Origin: a bacterium
GTDB taxonomy: Bacteria > Patescibacteriota > Minisyncoccia > Portnoybacterales > GWB1-42-6
Assembly: GCA_043800535.1 (NCBI GenBank)
Contig: JAZDMV010000014.1
Span: forward strand, 1 to 38,853
DNA: 38,853 nt
Direction: 5' to 3'
Shown here: positions 24,809 to 33,768 of the stretch, piece by piece
How positions within the stretch are numbered: position 1 is the stretch's first letter
Layout: each line of letters begins with the position of its first letter
Position numbers and translations under genes: made by a program
The notes under the pieces: model-generated
The model's input: the letters and a program-made list of their open reading frames with translations, nothing else
Databases searched by the model: none
Told to the model about the DNA's origin: nothing

Positions 24809-25708
24809 ATGGCTACTATCGGTAAAGGACTTCATTCCTTAATCCCTCCGAAGTCGGTTTCGCAGCAGGAGCCGGACTTTCCTAAAGTTTCCGGGCCTTT
24901 GGCGCGGATGAAAAAGGAAAGCGTGTTTAATATTGAAATAAATAAGATCAGGCCGAATCCCATGCAACCGCGCCAGGAAATGGACAGGGGAGACCTGGAA
25001 GAGCTGGCCGAATCGATCAAAGAGCACGGGATTTTGCAGCCGCTGATAGTTACCAAAAGCGTCAAGGATGTTGATAAGGGCCAGGATGTTGAATATACCC
25101 TAATTGCCGGGCATAGGCGCTGGGAGGCGGCAAAGATAGCTGGCTTGCCGCATGTGCCCGCAATCATACGCGATTCAACCGAGCAGCAAAAATTAGAATT
25201 GGCGCTGGTTGAAAATCTGCAGCGGGCTGATCTAAATGCCCTGGATAAAGCCAAGGCATTTAAACGGCTGCACGATGAATTTGATTTGACTCACGAGGAG
25301 ATCGGTCAGAAGATGGGTAAAAGCCGCGAAGTCGTGACAAACACTCTGCGCCTGCTTAATTTGCCGCAGGAAATTCAGGACGGTCTGGCTGCCGGCAAAA
25401 TTGCCGAGGGTCACGCCAAAATGATCGCCGGCATCAAAAGCCCGCAGACCCAAAAAGCGCTTTATGACGAAATTTTGCAAAATAACTTAAACGTCAGGCA
25501 GGTTGAGCAAAGAGCGCGGGAAATTTCCGTTTCGGCGCACAAGCGTAAAGTATTTCACGACCCGGAAATTAAAAAAATCGCCGGGCAGCTGACGGCGCAT
25601 CTGGGAAACAAGGTTGATATCAGGCGCTCGGGCGTCGGCGGAAAAGTGGTAATCGATTTTTTAGATAAGGGCGACCTAGAAAACGTGGTGAAAAAAATTA
25701 TAGAGTGA
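24809..25708 (+). CDS. parB: ParB/Spo0J partition protein
   Basis: GILQPLIV and LIAGHRRWEAAK motifs plus an HTH region. I prefer the ATG at 24809 because the track start (24758) lies inside repeat copy C. Confidence 0.9.
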   Translation: MATIGKGLHSLIPPKSVSQQEPDFPKVSGPLARMKKESVFNIEINKIRPNPMQPRQEMDRGDLEELAESIKEHGILQPLIVTKSVKDVDKGQDVEYTLIAGHRRWEAAKIAGLPHVPAIIRDSTEQQKLELALVENLQRADLNALDKAKAFKRLHDEFDLTHEEIGQKMGKSREVVTNTLRLLNLPQEIQDGLAAGKIAEGHAKMIAGIKSPQTQKALYDEILQNNLNVRQVEQRAREISVSAHKRKVFHDPEIKKIAGQLTAHLGNKVDIRRSGVGGKVVIDFLDKGDLENVVKKIIE

Positions 25709-25719
25709 CCCACCACCAA

Positions 25720-25765
25720 TTACTGTTTCCACGACACCGAAACTAACCTTTCGGTGTTTTTGATT
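25720..25765. repeat. 46-bp direct repeat, copy 1 (remnant copy of the RSH gene 3' end; its hairpin can terminate parB)
   Basis: ttactgtttccacgacaccgaaactaacctttcggtgtttttgatt is identical to 26450-26495. It has the hairpin acaccgaaa/tttcggtgt plus a T-run. Confidence 0.95.
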
Positions 25766-25771
25766 AAAAAA

Positions 25772-25800
25772 AGAGCCCGATCAGTTATCTGATGGGCTCT
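25772..25800 (-). terminator. Hairpin terminator of the 181-aa ORF
   Basis: agagcccgatcag-ttat-ctgatgggctct, flanked by an A-run on plus (a T-run on minus). Confidence 0.6.
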
Positions 25801-25826
25801 TTAAAATGTTTGAGCCGAATGTTGTT

Positions 25827-26372
25827 TTATCCTTCGATACTTATACCGCCGTCAAATCTTGCTTTCGCGATAAGGAAATCTTGCAGCTTGGTCCATTCAG
25901 TAGTACCGGCAGGTTTGACCAGCGGCGTCAACTGAAGTTTAAGGTGTTTGACCTCGTTTTTTGGGATGCCGAGGACTTGGGTGATAATAAGAATGCCACG
26001 TTTAAAGGCGATTAAAGGGAAATAGGAATTTTTTGGCAGGTGAAAAATAAAACTTAGCCAGTTTTCTTGTGTAAGATAAAAATCTGTAAATTTGCCATCG
26101 GCGATCAAAGGGTTAATCCTCTGCGTGACTGTGGCTATGACTCGCGGGTCATTTTTTTGGCCATGAGCCCACCACAATGGCGTCGTGATCTGGCCATGTT
26201 GATTATCTTTTTGTCGCACCAGAACATAGCTGGCGTGATAGCAATTATGTCTTGCCACACAACGGGGCCCTGCCTTTGTTGGTTCCGTCTGGTCCGGTAA
26301 TAGCAGATCAGTGAATTTTGCACTGCTTCCATCAAAATCCCACAATAGTCGCATTCGCAGCTTTTCTTTCAT
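25827..26372 (-). CDS. Hypothetical protein (orphan, 181 aa) on a repeat-flanked cassette
   Basis: SD aaaggagg lies 6 nt upstream of the ATG. A possible own promoter on minus is TTGACT-17-TATTTT. I recognise no family. Confidence 0.65.
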   Translation of the reverse strand: MKEKLRMRLLWDFDGSSAKFTDLLLPDQTEPTKAGPRCVARHNCYHASYVLVRQKDNQHGQITTPLWWAHGQKNDPRVIATVTQRINPLIADGKFTDFYLTQENWLSFIFHLPKNSYFPLIAFKRGILIITQVLGIPKNEVKHLKLQLTPLVKPAGTTEWTKLQDFLIAKARFDGGISIEG

Positions 26373-26449
26373 ATAGTCCTCCTTTTTGGGAAAGATCTGG
26401 TTTTCTATTGTTATCTAAAAATAGCAGAGAAATACAGCGCAGTCAATTT

Positions 26450-26495
26450 TTACTGTTTCCACGACACCGAAACTAACCTTTCGGTGTTTTTGATT
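26450..26495. repeat. 46-bp direct repeat, copy 2 (last 15 codons plus stop of the RSH gene)
   Basis: Identical to 25720-25765. Confidence 0.95.
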
Positions 26496-28180
26496 TTTTT
26501 CAATGCCGGGCAGGAGGCGCGATGAACAGAAACGCTGCGGTTAATGGCAACATAGCCTTGGATTGGGTCGCCAGGTTTTGGGTTGCAACATTTGGCAAGA
26601 TTGGTCTGAATATTTGTCTGTCCTTTAACCTCAATAATTGCAAACACCCCCGTTTTTAGCGGCGCGGGTTTGGGAATTGGTTTTGTTTCCGGTTTTTGTT
26701 CTTCCGGTTTTGTGGCCTCGGGTTCCTTGTGTTTTTTAAACCACTCCCTTATTTTGGCCTTGGCCACGTTTGTTTTAGCAAGACGCAGCCAGTCCTGCGA
26801 TGGTTTCTCTTCTTTTTTGGTGATAATTTCTACCATTTGGCCGTTTTGCAGCGCCTGGTCCAACGCCACCATCTTTCCTTCAACTTTTGCGCCGGCGCAT
26901 CTATGGCCCACAGACGTGTGAACGTGATAGGCAAAATCAAGCGGGGTTGCACCTTCGGGCAGATTGATAATGTCGCCGCGAGGCGTAAAAACAAAGATGC
27001 GGTCTTGAAAAAAATCAATTTTGAGCTGTTCAGGAAATTCTTTTGAGCCAGGCGGAAAATCTTCCTGCCATTTTTGCATATCCTGTATCCACTTGAGGTC
27101 TTTTTCCGGCGGCTTGGAAAAAAGGCGTTTTATATAGGCTTTCAGGCCCTTATGCTCGGAATAATACCAGTGGGCGGCAATGCCATATTCTGCCTGCTGG
27201 TGCATCTCAACGGTTTTTATCTGAAATTCCGTTATCTTGCCTTCGGGGCAAAAAACAGTCGTGTGAAGCGAACGATAGCCGTTTGGCTTTGGCAGGGCGA
27301 TGTAGTCTTTAATTCTGCCAGGCAGAGGCCGCCAGAGCTTATGGATGACGCCCATAGCGCCGTAACAGTCGTCGACGTCTTTGACAATAATGCGCAGCGC
27401 GACCAGGTCATATATTTTGTTCAGGTCCATATTATAGCGCTGGAGTTTTCTGTACAAACTGAAATATCGCTTGGCGCGGGAATGGATCTGGATAGGCTGG
27501 ATGTCCGCTTTTTTCATGGCTTTTTCAACGGTGGCCGTGATGCCTTTAAGATATTTTTCGCGCTTTTCATATTGATCGCGAACTTGGCTGACAAGCCATT
27601 TATATTCTTCCGGATAAACGATAGGAAACGCGATGTCTTCAAGTTGGCCCGAAATTTTGCGCATGCCGAGACGATACGCAACGGGCGCGTATATTTCAAG
27701 CGTTTCTCTGGCGAGACGTTTTTGTTTTTCCGGCTCAAACACCCAGACAGTTTTAAGATTTATCAGGCGGTTGACGAGCTTTATCAGAATGACGCGGATG
27801 TCTTTGGCCGTGGCCAATATTAGCTTTCTTAAATTTTCAATATCGCGCTGGGCGCCGCGGTGTTCGATTTTCCCGACGTTTGTCACTCCCTGAACGAGGT
27901 TAAAGATCTCATCGCCAAAAATTTTCTTGAATTGGTGTTCATCAACATCAACCCGTTCCAACGCCTCGTGCAGCAGGCCGGCAGCGATAACTATTGAATC
28001 AAGATGGATATCGGCAAGGGCGAGCGTAATTTCAAGGCAGTGGTCAAAAAGAAGCTGGCCGGAGAGGCGCTTCTGGTCGCCATAGATATTTTGAGCATAA
28101 TCAAAAGCGTGCCCAATGAGGTCAAAATTGAGCTCGGGATTAGCTTGTTTAATTTTGGTGAGAAACTGTTCTTTTCCCAT
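26450..28180 (-). CDS. Long RelA/SpoT homolog, (p)ppGpp synthetase with a degenerate HD domain, plus TGS
   Basis: Synthetase blocks RAKRYFSLYRK, DLVALRIIV, GYRSLHT, EFQIKT, GIAAHWYY. TGS block IFVFTPRGD..LP.GATPLDFAY.VH. The N-terminal HD region reads LLHEALER instead of LLHD..ED. Confidence 0.88.
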   Translation of the reverse strand: MGKEQFLTKIKQANPELNFDLIGHAFDYAQNIYGDQKRLSGQLLFDHCLEITLALADIHLDSIVIAAGLLHEALERVDVDEHQFKKIFGDEIFNLVQGVTNVGKIEHRGAQRDIENLRKLILATAKDIRVILIKLVNRLINLKTVWVFEPEKQKRLARETLEIYAPVAYRLGMRKISGQLEDIAFPIVYPEEYKWLVSQVRDQYEKREKYLKGITATVEKAMKKADIQPIQIHSRAKRYFSLYRKLQRYNMDLNKIYDLVALRIIVKDVDDCYGAMGVIHKLWRPLPGRIKDYIALPKPNGYRSLHTTVFCPEGKITEFQIKTVEMHQQAEYGIAAHWYYSEHKGLKAYIKRLFSKPPEKDLKWIQDMQKWQEDFPPGSKEFPEQLKIDFFQDRIFVFTPRGDIINLPEGATPLDFAYHVHTSVGHRCAGAKVEGKMVALDQALQNGQMVEIITKKEEKPSQDWLRLAKTNVAKAKIREWFKKHKEPEATKPEEQKPETKPIPKPAPLKTGVFAIIEVKGQTNIQTNLAKCCNPKPGDPIQGYVAINRSVSVHRASCPALKKIKNTERLVSVSWKQ

Positions 28181-28194
28181 GCGATTTCCTCCCT

Positions 28195-30303
28195 CTATTG
28201 AGAGACTTCATTGGCGGCTTTGTAATCGCAGTCTTTATTTGAGCATTTTATTCTATTTTTAACGTCAGTCACGAGTAAAGAGTTACATTTTGGGCAATGC
28301 TCGCCGGTTGGTTTATCCCATAAGGCGAAGTCGCATTCGGGCCAGCGCGAGCAGGCATAAAATATCTTGCCGCGGCGGGTCCGTTTTTCATTTATCTTGC
28401 CCTGGCCGCACTTGGGGCAGGCAACACCGGTTTGAACAGCGATATTTTCAGTATAGCGACATTTGGGAAATCCGGAGCAGGCATAGAATTTGCCGAAACG
28501 GCTGGCGCGTATGACAAGGGGCTGCCCGCATTTGGGACATATTTTATCAGTTGGTTCAGCCACATGCTTTTGTTTTTTTACCTCGTCATATTTTTGATTA
28601 AGATGTTCGCTGAACGGTTCATAAAACTCGCGGATGACTTCCTGCCATTTCTGCTGGCCTTCGGCGATCTCGTCAAAATCTTTTTCAATATGCGCGGTAA
28701 ATTTTATATCGACTATTTCAGGAAAATGTTCAACGAGCATGTCATTCACGGTCAGGCCGATGTCGGTCGGAAAAAACTTTTTCTGTTCGTCCTTTTGGAC
28801 GTAGTTTCGGTCCTGGATCGTGGAAATGATCGGGGCATAGGTTGAAGGTCGGCCAATGCCGTTTTTTTCCAGCTCCTTTATCAGGGTTGCTTCTGAAAAG
28901 CGGCCAGGCGGCTGGGTAAAATGTTGGGATGGCGTTAATTTTATTAATTCCAACGGGTCTTTTTCTTCTAGCGGCGGCAATTCCATTTCTTCGTATTTTA
29001 TAGGATACACCTTTAGGAATCCGTGAAATTTTATCATTGAACCGTTGGCGCGGAAGATATAATTATTTTTGTCACTCGCAACGACGCAAGACGCGGCAAT
29101 GTCTATAGTTGTTGAATCAAAGATGGCCTGGTTCATCTGCGAAGCAACAAATCTGCGCCAGATGAGATCATAAAGCTTTGTTAATCTGTCGCCGGGATAC
29201 TTTGGATTTTTGAGTTCGTCTTTTAAAACGTCGGGCGAATTTTGGGGGTTGGTCGGCCGGATCGCTTCATGCGCTTCCTGCGCGCCTTTTGATTTGGTTT
29301 TAAATTTGCGCAAAAAGCCTGCCCAATAATCCTGGCCGTAGCTTTTTATGATAAAATCTTTGGCAACAAAAAGCGCCTGGTCCGAAATGTTGAGCGAATC
29401 AGTGCGGTGGTAGGTGATAAAGCCGCTTTCATAAAGCGACTGGGCAAGCGACATTGTCAGCTTGGCCGAAAAATGCAGTTTCTGCCAGGCCGCCTGCTGA
29501 AGGGTGCTGGTTGTAAAAGGCGGGAAGGGATTTCTCTTGACCTCTTTTTTTTCTATTGCTGTAACTTGGTATTTGGCGCCTTCTAGATCTTTTAAAATTT
29601 TATCGGCATTTTCTTTGGTCTTTATGTCCAGCTTGCCGATAGCTTGGTCGCCTCTTTTTATGAGCGCCGCTGTAAATTCTTTTTCTGGCTGTTTACTGTT
29701 TTCTGTTAACTGTTTTTTGAGCAGCGCTTCGATGCTCCAGTATTCTTCCGGCTCGAAACTCTTTATTTCGCGTTCCCTTTCAGCTATCAGGCGCACGGCT
29801 ACTGATTGGACTCGGCCGGCCGAAAGACCTTTAGCAACTTTTTGCCACAAAAACGGTGAAAGCTTGTAGCCGACAAGCCGGTCAAGAATTCGGCGCGCCT
29901 GCTGGGCGTCAACCAGATCCATATCGATCCGGCGCGGATTTTTTAACGCTTCCTCAATGGCAGATTTTGTAATTTCGTGGAAAACAATTCTTTCTGTGGT
30001 TTTGGGGTCTAATTTTAAGACATGGCTCAAATGCCAGGAGATGGCTTCGCCTTCGCGGTCTTCGTCAGTTGCCAGGATTACTTTTGCTTTTTTCCCCAAC
30101 AATTTTTTTATTGGCGTTATTTTTTTTCTGGCAATTAAGGGCACAACATATTTTGGTTCAAAATTGTTTTCAACATCAATGCCAAGTTCTTTGCGCGGCA
30201 GGTCTCTGACATGGCCAAAAGAGGAAGTGACTGAATAGTCCTTCCCTAAAAATTTCTGGATCGTGCGGGCCTTGGTTGGGGATTCGACGATGATTAAATT
30301 CAT
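28195..30303 (-). CDS. topA: DNA topoisomerase I
   Basis: MNLIIVESPTKARTI..FLG..Y.V.SS.GHVRDLP (Toprim), the active-site region YITYHRTDS, and C-terminal CPKCG zinc ribbons. Confidence 0.93.
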   Translation of the reverse strand: MNLIIVESPTKARTIQKFLGKDYSVTSSFGHVRDLPRKELGIDVENNFEPKYVVPLIARKKITPIKKLLGKKAKVILATDEDREGEAISWHLSHVLKLDPKTTERIVFHEITKSAIEEALKNPRRIDMDLVDAQQARRILDRLVGYKLSPFLWQKVAKGLSAGRVQSVAVRLIAEREREIKSFEPEEYWSIEALLKKQLTENSKQPEKEFTAALIKRGDQAIGKLDIKTKENADKILKDLEGAKYQVTAIEKKEVKRNPFPPFTTSTLQQAAWQKLHFSAKLTMSLAQSLYESGFITYHRTDSLNISDQALFVAKDFIIKSYGQDYWAGFLRKFKTKSKGAQEAHEAIRPTNPQNSPDVLKDELKNPKYPGDRLTKLYDLIWRRFVASQMNQAIFDSTTIDIAASCVVASDKNNYIFRANGSMIKFHGFLKVYPIKYEEMELPPLEEKDPLELIKLTPSQHFTQPPGRFSEATLIKELEKNGIGRPSTYAPIISTIQDRNYVQKDEQKKFFPTDIGLTVNDMLVEHFPEIVDIKFTAHIEKDFDEIAEGQQKWQEVIREFYEPFSEHLNQKYDEVKKQKHVAEPTDKICPKCGQPLVIRASRFGKFYACSGFPKCRYTENIAVQTGVACPKCGQGKINEKRTRRGKIFYACSRWPECDFALWDKPTGEHCPKCNSLLVTDVKNRIKCSNKDCDYKAANEVSQ

Positions 30304-30304
30304 A

Positions 30305-30443
30305 AAAAGTTAAAAGTTTAAAGTGAAAAGTTAAAAATTGCAGTTTATAGTTTAAAGTTTTAAATATGCACTGCGCCGCGATATACCAAAACTTTTCATT
30401 TTTAATTTTAAACTTATGTATTAGCGCGTTAACGCGCTAATAC
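30305..30443. repeat. A/T-rich aaagt-type low-complexity repeat plus a 30-bp perfect palindrome at the dprA stop
   Basis: aagtgaaaagttaaaa (30321-30336) is identical to metG-internal 13099-13114. The palindrome is atgtattagcgcgtt/aacgcgctaatacat (30414-30443). Confidence 0.8.
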
Positions 30444-31523
30444 ATAGTTCATTCCTCCCAGATTTTTAATTTTTCCCTTCATCTCCATCAGGATCATTGT
30501 TGCGTTGACGGACGCGGTATTCATTTTAGTTTGTTCAACGATTTTGTCAATATGGGTTGGCTCGTCGTTCAGAATCTCTAAAATTTTTGCTTCCTCTTCG
30601 TTATCGGGAATGATCTGGCGGACCTGAATTTGTTCGCTTAAACTTTTTAGGTTTAATTCTTCCAGGACGTCATTGGTGTCGCAAACCAATTTTGCGCCCA
30701 TTTTTATCAGGTTATTGGGGCCGGCTGAATACGGCGAATAAATTGGTCCCGGAACTGCGAAAACCTCGCGGTTTTGTTCTAAGCTGTGTTTGGCAGTAAT
30801 CAGCGCCCCTGATCTTTCTTTGGCCTCTATAACTAATGTGCCAAGCGACAGCCCGCTGATAATTCTGTTGCGGGCGTGGAAGTGGTGTTTTAAGGCAGGA
30901 GAGCCAATGGGATATTCTGAAATAACGGCGCCTTTTTCGCTTATTTGTTGCGCCAATTTTCTGTTTGAAGGCGGATAAATGCTTGGGTCGTCAATGCCGG
31001 AGCCGACAACGGCGATAGTACGCCTGCTGTTTTGTAACGCTGCAAGATGAGCTAATGTATCAATGCCGCGGGCCAGGCCCGAAACGATGGTCAATCCGGC
31101 TTGAGCGATCTGGCCGGCCAGATGCGAAGTGACCTGCTGGCCGTAGGAAGACGGGATTCGCGTGCCGACAATGGCGAGCGCCTTTTCGTCCTCGGGGATA
31201 AGGTGACCCCTTACATATATAATAGCAGGCGGGTCGTATATCTCTTTTAAGAGCTTGGGATAATTTTCGTCCAGAATTGTCATGACACTGATGCCGTGCG
31301 TCTCTAATTTTTCAAGTTCTTTGTCCGGGTCAATTGTAATCCTTTGGGCGCATAATTCGTTGACGATATTTTCTTCCAGCCCGGCTTTTTGCAGGTCATA
31401 CTCGCTGGCACGCCACGCATCTTCGAGGCCGCCAAAATAATTAAGAAGCCGCTTTATCCTCTGCGGCCCGATATGCTCGTGGAATTGATTGAAAGCGATA
31501 AAATATTTTGCCTGGGGATGCAT
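30429..31523 (-). CDS. dprA: DNA-processing protein DprA (Smf)
   Basis: SGLARGID..AH, the HF.ARNRIISGLS..TLV.EA..RSGALITA block, and REVFAVPG. Confidence 0.9.
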   Translation of the reverse strand: MHPQAKYFIAFNQFHEHIGPQRIKRLLNYFGGLEDAWRASEYDLQKAGLEENIVNELCAQRITIDPDKELEKLETHGISVMTILDENYPKLLKEIYDPPAIIYVRGHLIPEDEKALAIVGTRIPSSYGQQVTSHLAGQIAQAGLTIVSGLARGIDTLAHLAALQNSRRTIAVVGSGIDDPSIYPPSNRKLAQQISEKGAVISEYPIGSPALKHHFHARNRIISGLSLGTLVIEAKERSGALITAKHSLEQNREVFAVPGPIYSPYSAGPNNLIKMGAKLVCDTNDVLEELNLKSLSEQIQVRQIIPDNEEEAKILEILNDEPTHIDKIVEQTKMNTASVNATMILMEMKGKIKNLGGMNYVLAR

Positions 31524-31536
31524 TATAGCATTTTAT

Positions 31537-31640
31537 TCTTCGAGCGGAGCGCTACAACGTAACGTCGTAGCGCGTAGTCGAGAAGTTTTTCTGAAGGATT
31601 GGTCCTCGACTCGGTTTCACCTCGCTCGAACAATAATCTT
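31537..31640. repeat. Intergenic composite repeat related to 22500-22589
   Basis: It shares ttattcttcgagcg..gtcgagaag and ctcgaacaataat modules, with an internal hairpin gcgctacaacgtaacgtcgtagcgc. Confidence 0.7.
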
Positions 31641-31666
31641 TTTAAACTATAACATCAAAAAAAATC

Positions 31667-31706
31667 CGCGACAAATTTGACAGGATTTCATTACTCATCT
31701 TAATAT
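31667..31706 (+). promoter_or_regulatory. Promoter of island ORF A, with the shared 16-mer
   Basis: cgcgacaaatTTGACA (31667-31682), 17/18-nt spacer, TTAATA/TAATAT (31700-31706). A second TTGACA box lies at 31721-31726. Confidence 0.5.
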
Positions 31707-31781
31707 AAATAAACCGTTCTTTGACAAACCGTGCTTGGCTAAAACCTTTAACCTTCAACACCAAGAAAGGAGCGTACTCAT

Positions 31782-32777
31782 ATGAAGACGCCTGAGAAGT
31801 ATTGGTTCAATGATGCAGAGGAGATTAGAAAACATCTGGGGAATCTGGCTGATTTTAAGAAACTCGTTGACGCGCGGGTCAAAAACGCCGAACAAGGCGA
31901 GAACAACAATCCGTTTGTCATTTTTGGCCGTTTCCTTTTGGACCGCGGCAAAGACAAGCCAATCCAATTTTATCGCCCGCCGATCGTGGAAAGGTTTCCG
32001 GCGATCAGAGACGTTGTAACTGTGGCGGAGGTTGAGGAAGCTTTCCGGCCTCGGACCATTTTTTTCCAGAATTTCTCGACTTCAGAATATTTCATACCGG
32101 ACAGCGTCAATGTTTGCGAAGCTTGCGGTCTTGGCTGGAATATCAAGAATTGCCATGACCTTAAGCATGTGGAAACGCGTTTGGATCCGATTGAGCTGAT
32201 TGAATGGATCGGCCGCAAATTCGGTGATGTCAAAGCGCATTTCCTGGTGCCAAGAGGCAGCATGATCCGTCTGCTTAGGCGGCAGGGCTGGCGGCAGGGC
32301 TGGATGTATAATTTACAATGGAATCCTACTAAGGACGTGAAAGATGTTGATGTTAAGCCCGGCGATGATTATGTTGTTAAACAAGGCGACCGTTTGTGCC
32401 TGGAAGTTTATTCGCTTTTTCATGAAAATTGTTTCAGATCGCATATGATGAAAAAGCGAACAGAGGAGGTCCGGGCTTTGTTTCCAGCTGCTGGCTTCGG
32501 CGAACTTTGGCCGGAGTTGGTCGTAAAAAAAACATCGCGCCATGGGGAAACGGATATTGTCTGGCGCGTCTATACCTTCTTTGGTGCGCTGGAAATCACT
32601 GGCGATGATTGGGGTAAGTTTAAGATCAGTGGTCATCTTTGCGGCCGGGAACTTTCAGAAATAGTTAGCGGTCGGCAGGGGCGTATCCGCTATTGGGACA
32701 TCGAAGGTAACGCCAAAGAACTCGTTGATCAGTTGATTAAGATCCGCGAGACCATAGAGAAAGAAAATAGGAAGTAA
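31782..32777 (+). CDS. Hypothetical protein, 331 aa, Cys/His-rich (island ORF A)
   Basis: SD aaggag lies 9 nt upstream. It has the motifs CEACGLGWNIKNCHDLKH and HENCFRSH. I recognise no family. Confidence 0.7.
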   Translation: MKTPEKYWFNDAEEIRKHLGNLADFKKLVDARVKNAEQGENNNPFVIFGRFLLDRGKDKPIQFYRPPIVERFPAIRDVVTVAEVEEAFRPRTIFFQNFSTSEYFIPDSVNVCEACGLGWNIKNCHDLKHVETRLDPIELIEWIGRKFGDVKAHFLVPRGSMIRLLRRQGWRQGWMYNLQWNPTKDVKDVDVKPGDDYVVKQGDRLCLEVYSLFHENCFRSHMMKKRTEEVRALFPAAGFGELWPELVVKKTSRHGETDIVWRVYTFFGALEITGDDWGKFKISGHLCGRELSEIVSGRQGRIRYWDIEGNAKELVDQLIKIRETIEKENRK

Positions 32778-32807
32778 TAACGAGCCAAGCGCGGTTTGAT
32801 TCAACAA

Positions 32808-32843
32808 AGCCGTTGCCTGTATCATCGGGCAATGGCTTTTTTA
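32808..32843 (+). terminator. Intrinsic terminator after island ORF A
   Basis: agccgttgcc (32808-32817) pairs with ggcaatggct (32828-32837), followed by tttttt. Confidence 0.7.
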
Positions 32844-32849
32844 TTTCCT

Positions 32850-32888
32850 CGCGACAAATTTGACATATTCGCTGTTTTGTTATAGATA
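32850..32888 (+). promoter_or_regulatory. Promoter of island ORFs B-C, with the shared 16-mer
   Basis: cgcgacaaatTTGACA (32850-32865), then TAGATA at a 17-nt spacing (32883-32888). A second TTGACA box lies at 32913-32918. Confidence 0.45.
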
Positions 32889-32933
32889 TAAAGAAAATCC
32901 AAAATCTGTTTTTTGACAAAGAGAGGAGGGTTT

Positions 32934-33428
32934 ATGAATGCCAAGCAGAGAAAATCTTTTTTGTCGTTCCTTTTTTGGGCAAGACGCACGCATGGCTATG
33001 CCGGAGGCGCAAAAGGGGACAATCTTTTAAGAGGAGGTAAGCAGTTTACATGCAGCCGCGGGGTGTTCTCTTACGGGGATACGTTTTTGGACCAAGACCC
33101 TTTTATTGGTCAAGAAACTGTGTGGCATGCCGATAGAGGATGGCTATGGGGAATGAATTATTATGGAGCTATGTTAAGGGCTGGCAAAAGGACTTTGGTG
33201 GTTTCGGCAGAAGAAACATATATGTTTCTTAAGTTTGCTCTTTTGGAGTGTGATGTCACGGCGCCATATAGGGGTCCCAAAAGCCATGCTGAGGGAAATT
33301 GGGTTTACGAAAATGAATGGACGCCCTGGAGCAAGCTTGAGCGTTTCTGCGGCACAGAAGCTATCTTCTACAAGGGTATATTGGTGTATCAGGGTGAGTA
33401 TCACGGAGGGGTGATTGGAACGAAATAA
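32934..33428 (+). CDS. DUF5680-like protein (island ORF B; tentative family call)
   Basis: SD gagaggaggg lies directly upstream of the ATG at 32934. The pattern Y.D.F....F.G.E.V.......WGMNYYG....FLK.AL......YRGP....G.W.Y.......F.G.E.I......VY...YHGG.I matches my recollection of DUF5680. Confidence 0.6.
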   Translation: MNAKQRKSFLSFLFWARRTHGYAGGAKGDNLLRGGKQFTCSRGVFSYGDTFLDQDPFIGQETVWHADRGWLWGMNYYGAMLRAGKRTLVVSAEETYMFLKFALLECDVTAPYRGPKSHAEGNWVYENEWTPWSKLERFCGTEAIFYKGILVYQGEYHGGVIGTK

Positions 33429-33448
33429 AGATCGGGAGGAGAAACGCT

Positions 33449-33748
33449 ATGTCTTCTATGAGTGAAAAAGATGTTATGGTCTATAAGGAAAAGGTGGAAA
33501 AGATGTCGCGGGGGGAATTAGAAAAAAATGCGAAAATTGAAATGAACTGGCTGGCCGATTGTTTCGGGCATTATGACGAATTCAAAACCGCCAGGGATGC
33601 CAGGCGGACGATGCATGATTTTAAGGGTGTGGAGGGATGGCTTAACCAGCTTTCTATATCAAGCAAAGAGCTCTGCATCTGTTTTGAGCGGTTGCATCAA
33701 ATTGCCAAGGAGGATATCAATCACAAGGAAAAATTTGACAGGGAATAA
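33449..33748 (+). CDS. Hypothetical 99-aa helical protein (island ORF C)
   Basis: SD gggaggag lies 7 nt upstream. It starts 20 nt after the ORF B stop, so it is probably co-transcribed. I recognise no family. Confidence 0.6.
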   Translation: MSSMSEKDVMVYKEKVEKMSRGELEKNAKIEMNWLADCFGHYDEFKTARDARRTMHDFKGVEGWLNQLSISSKELCICFERLHQIAKEDINHKEKFDRE

Positions 33749-33768
33749 ACATAAGTCCTGCAACTCAT

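Noticed and set aside
27074-27823. 249-aa plus-strand ORF, and similar long antisense ORFs at 17388-18050, 12973-13485, 11993-12442, 15247-15717 and 2775-3224
   Set aside because: All lie antisense to, or inside, genes with strong family signatures (RSH, leuS, metG, rsmI/metG, def, the 2203 gene). They have low-complexity or Arg/Leu/Ser-rich composition and lack SD sequences, so they are shadow ORFs.
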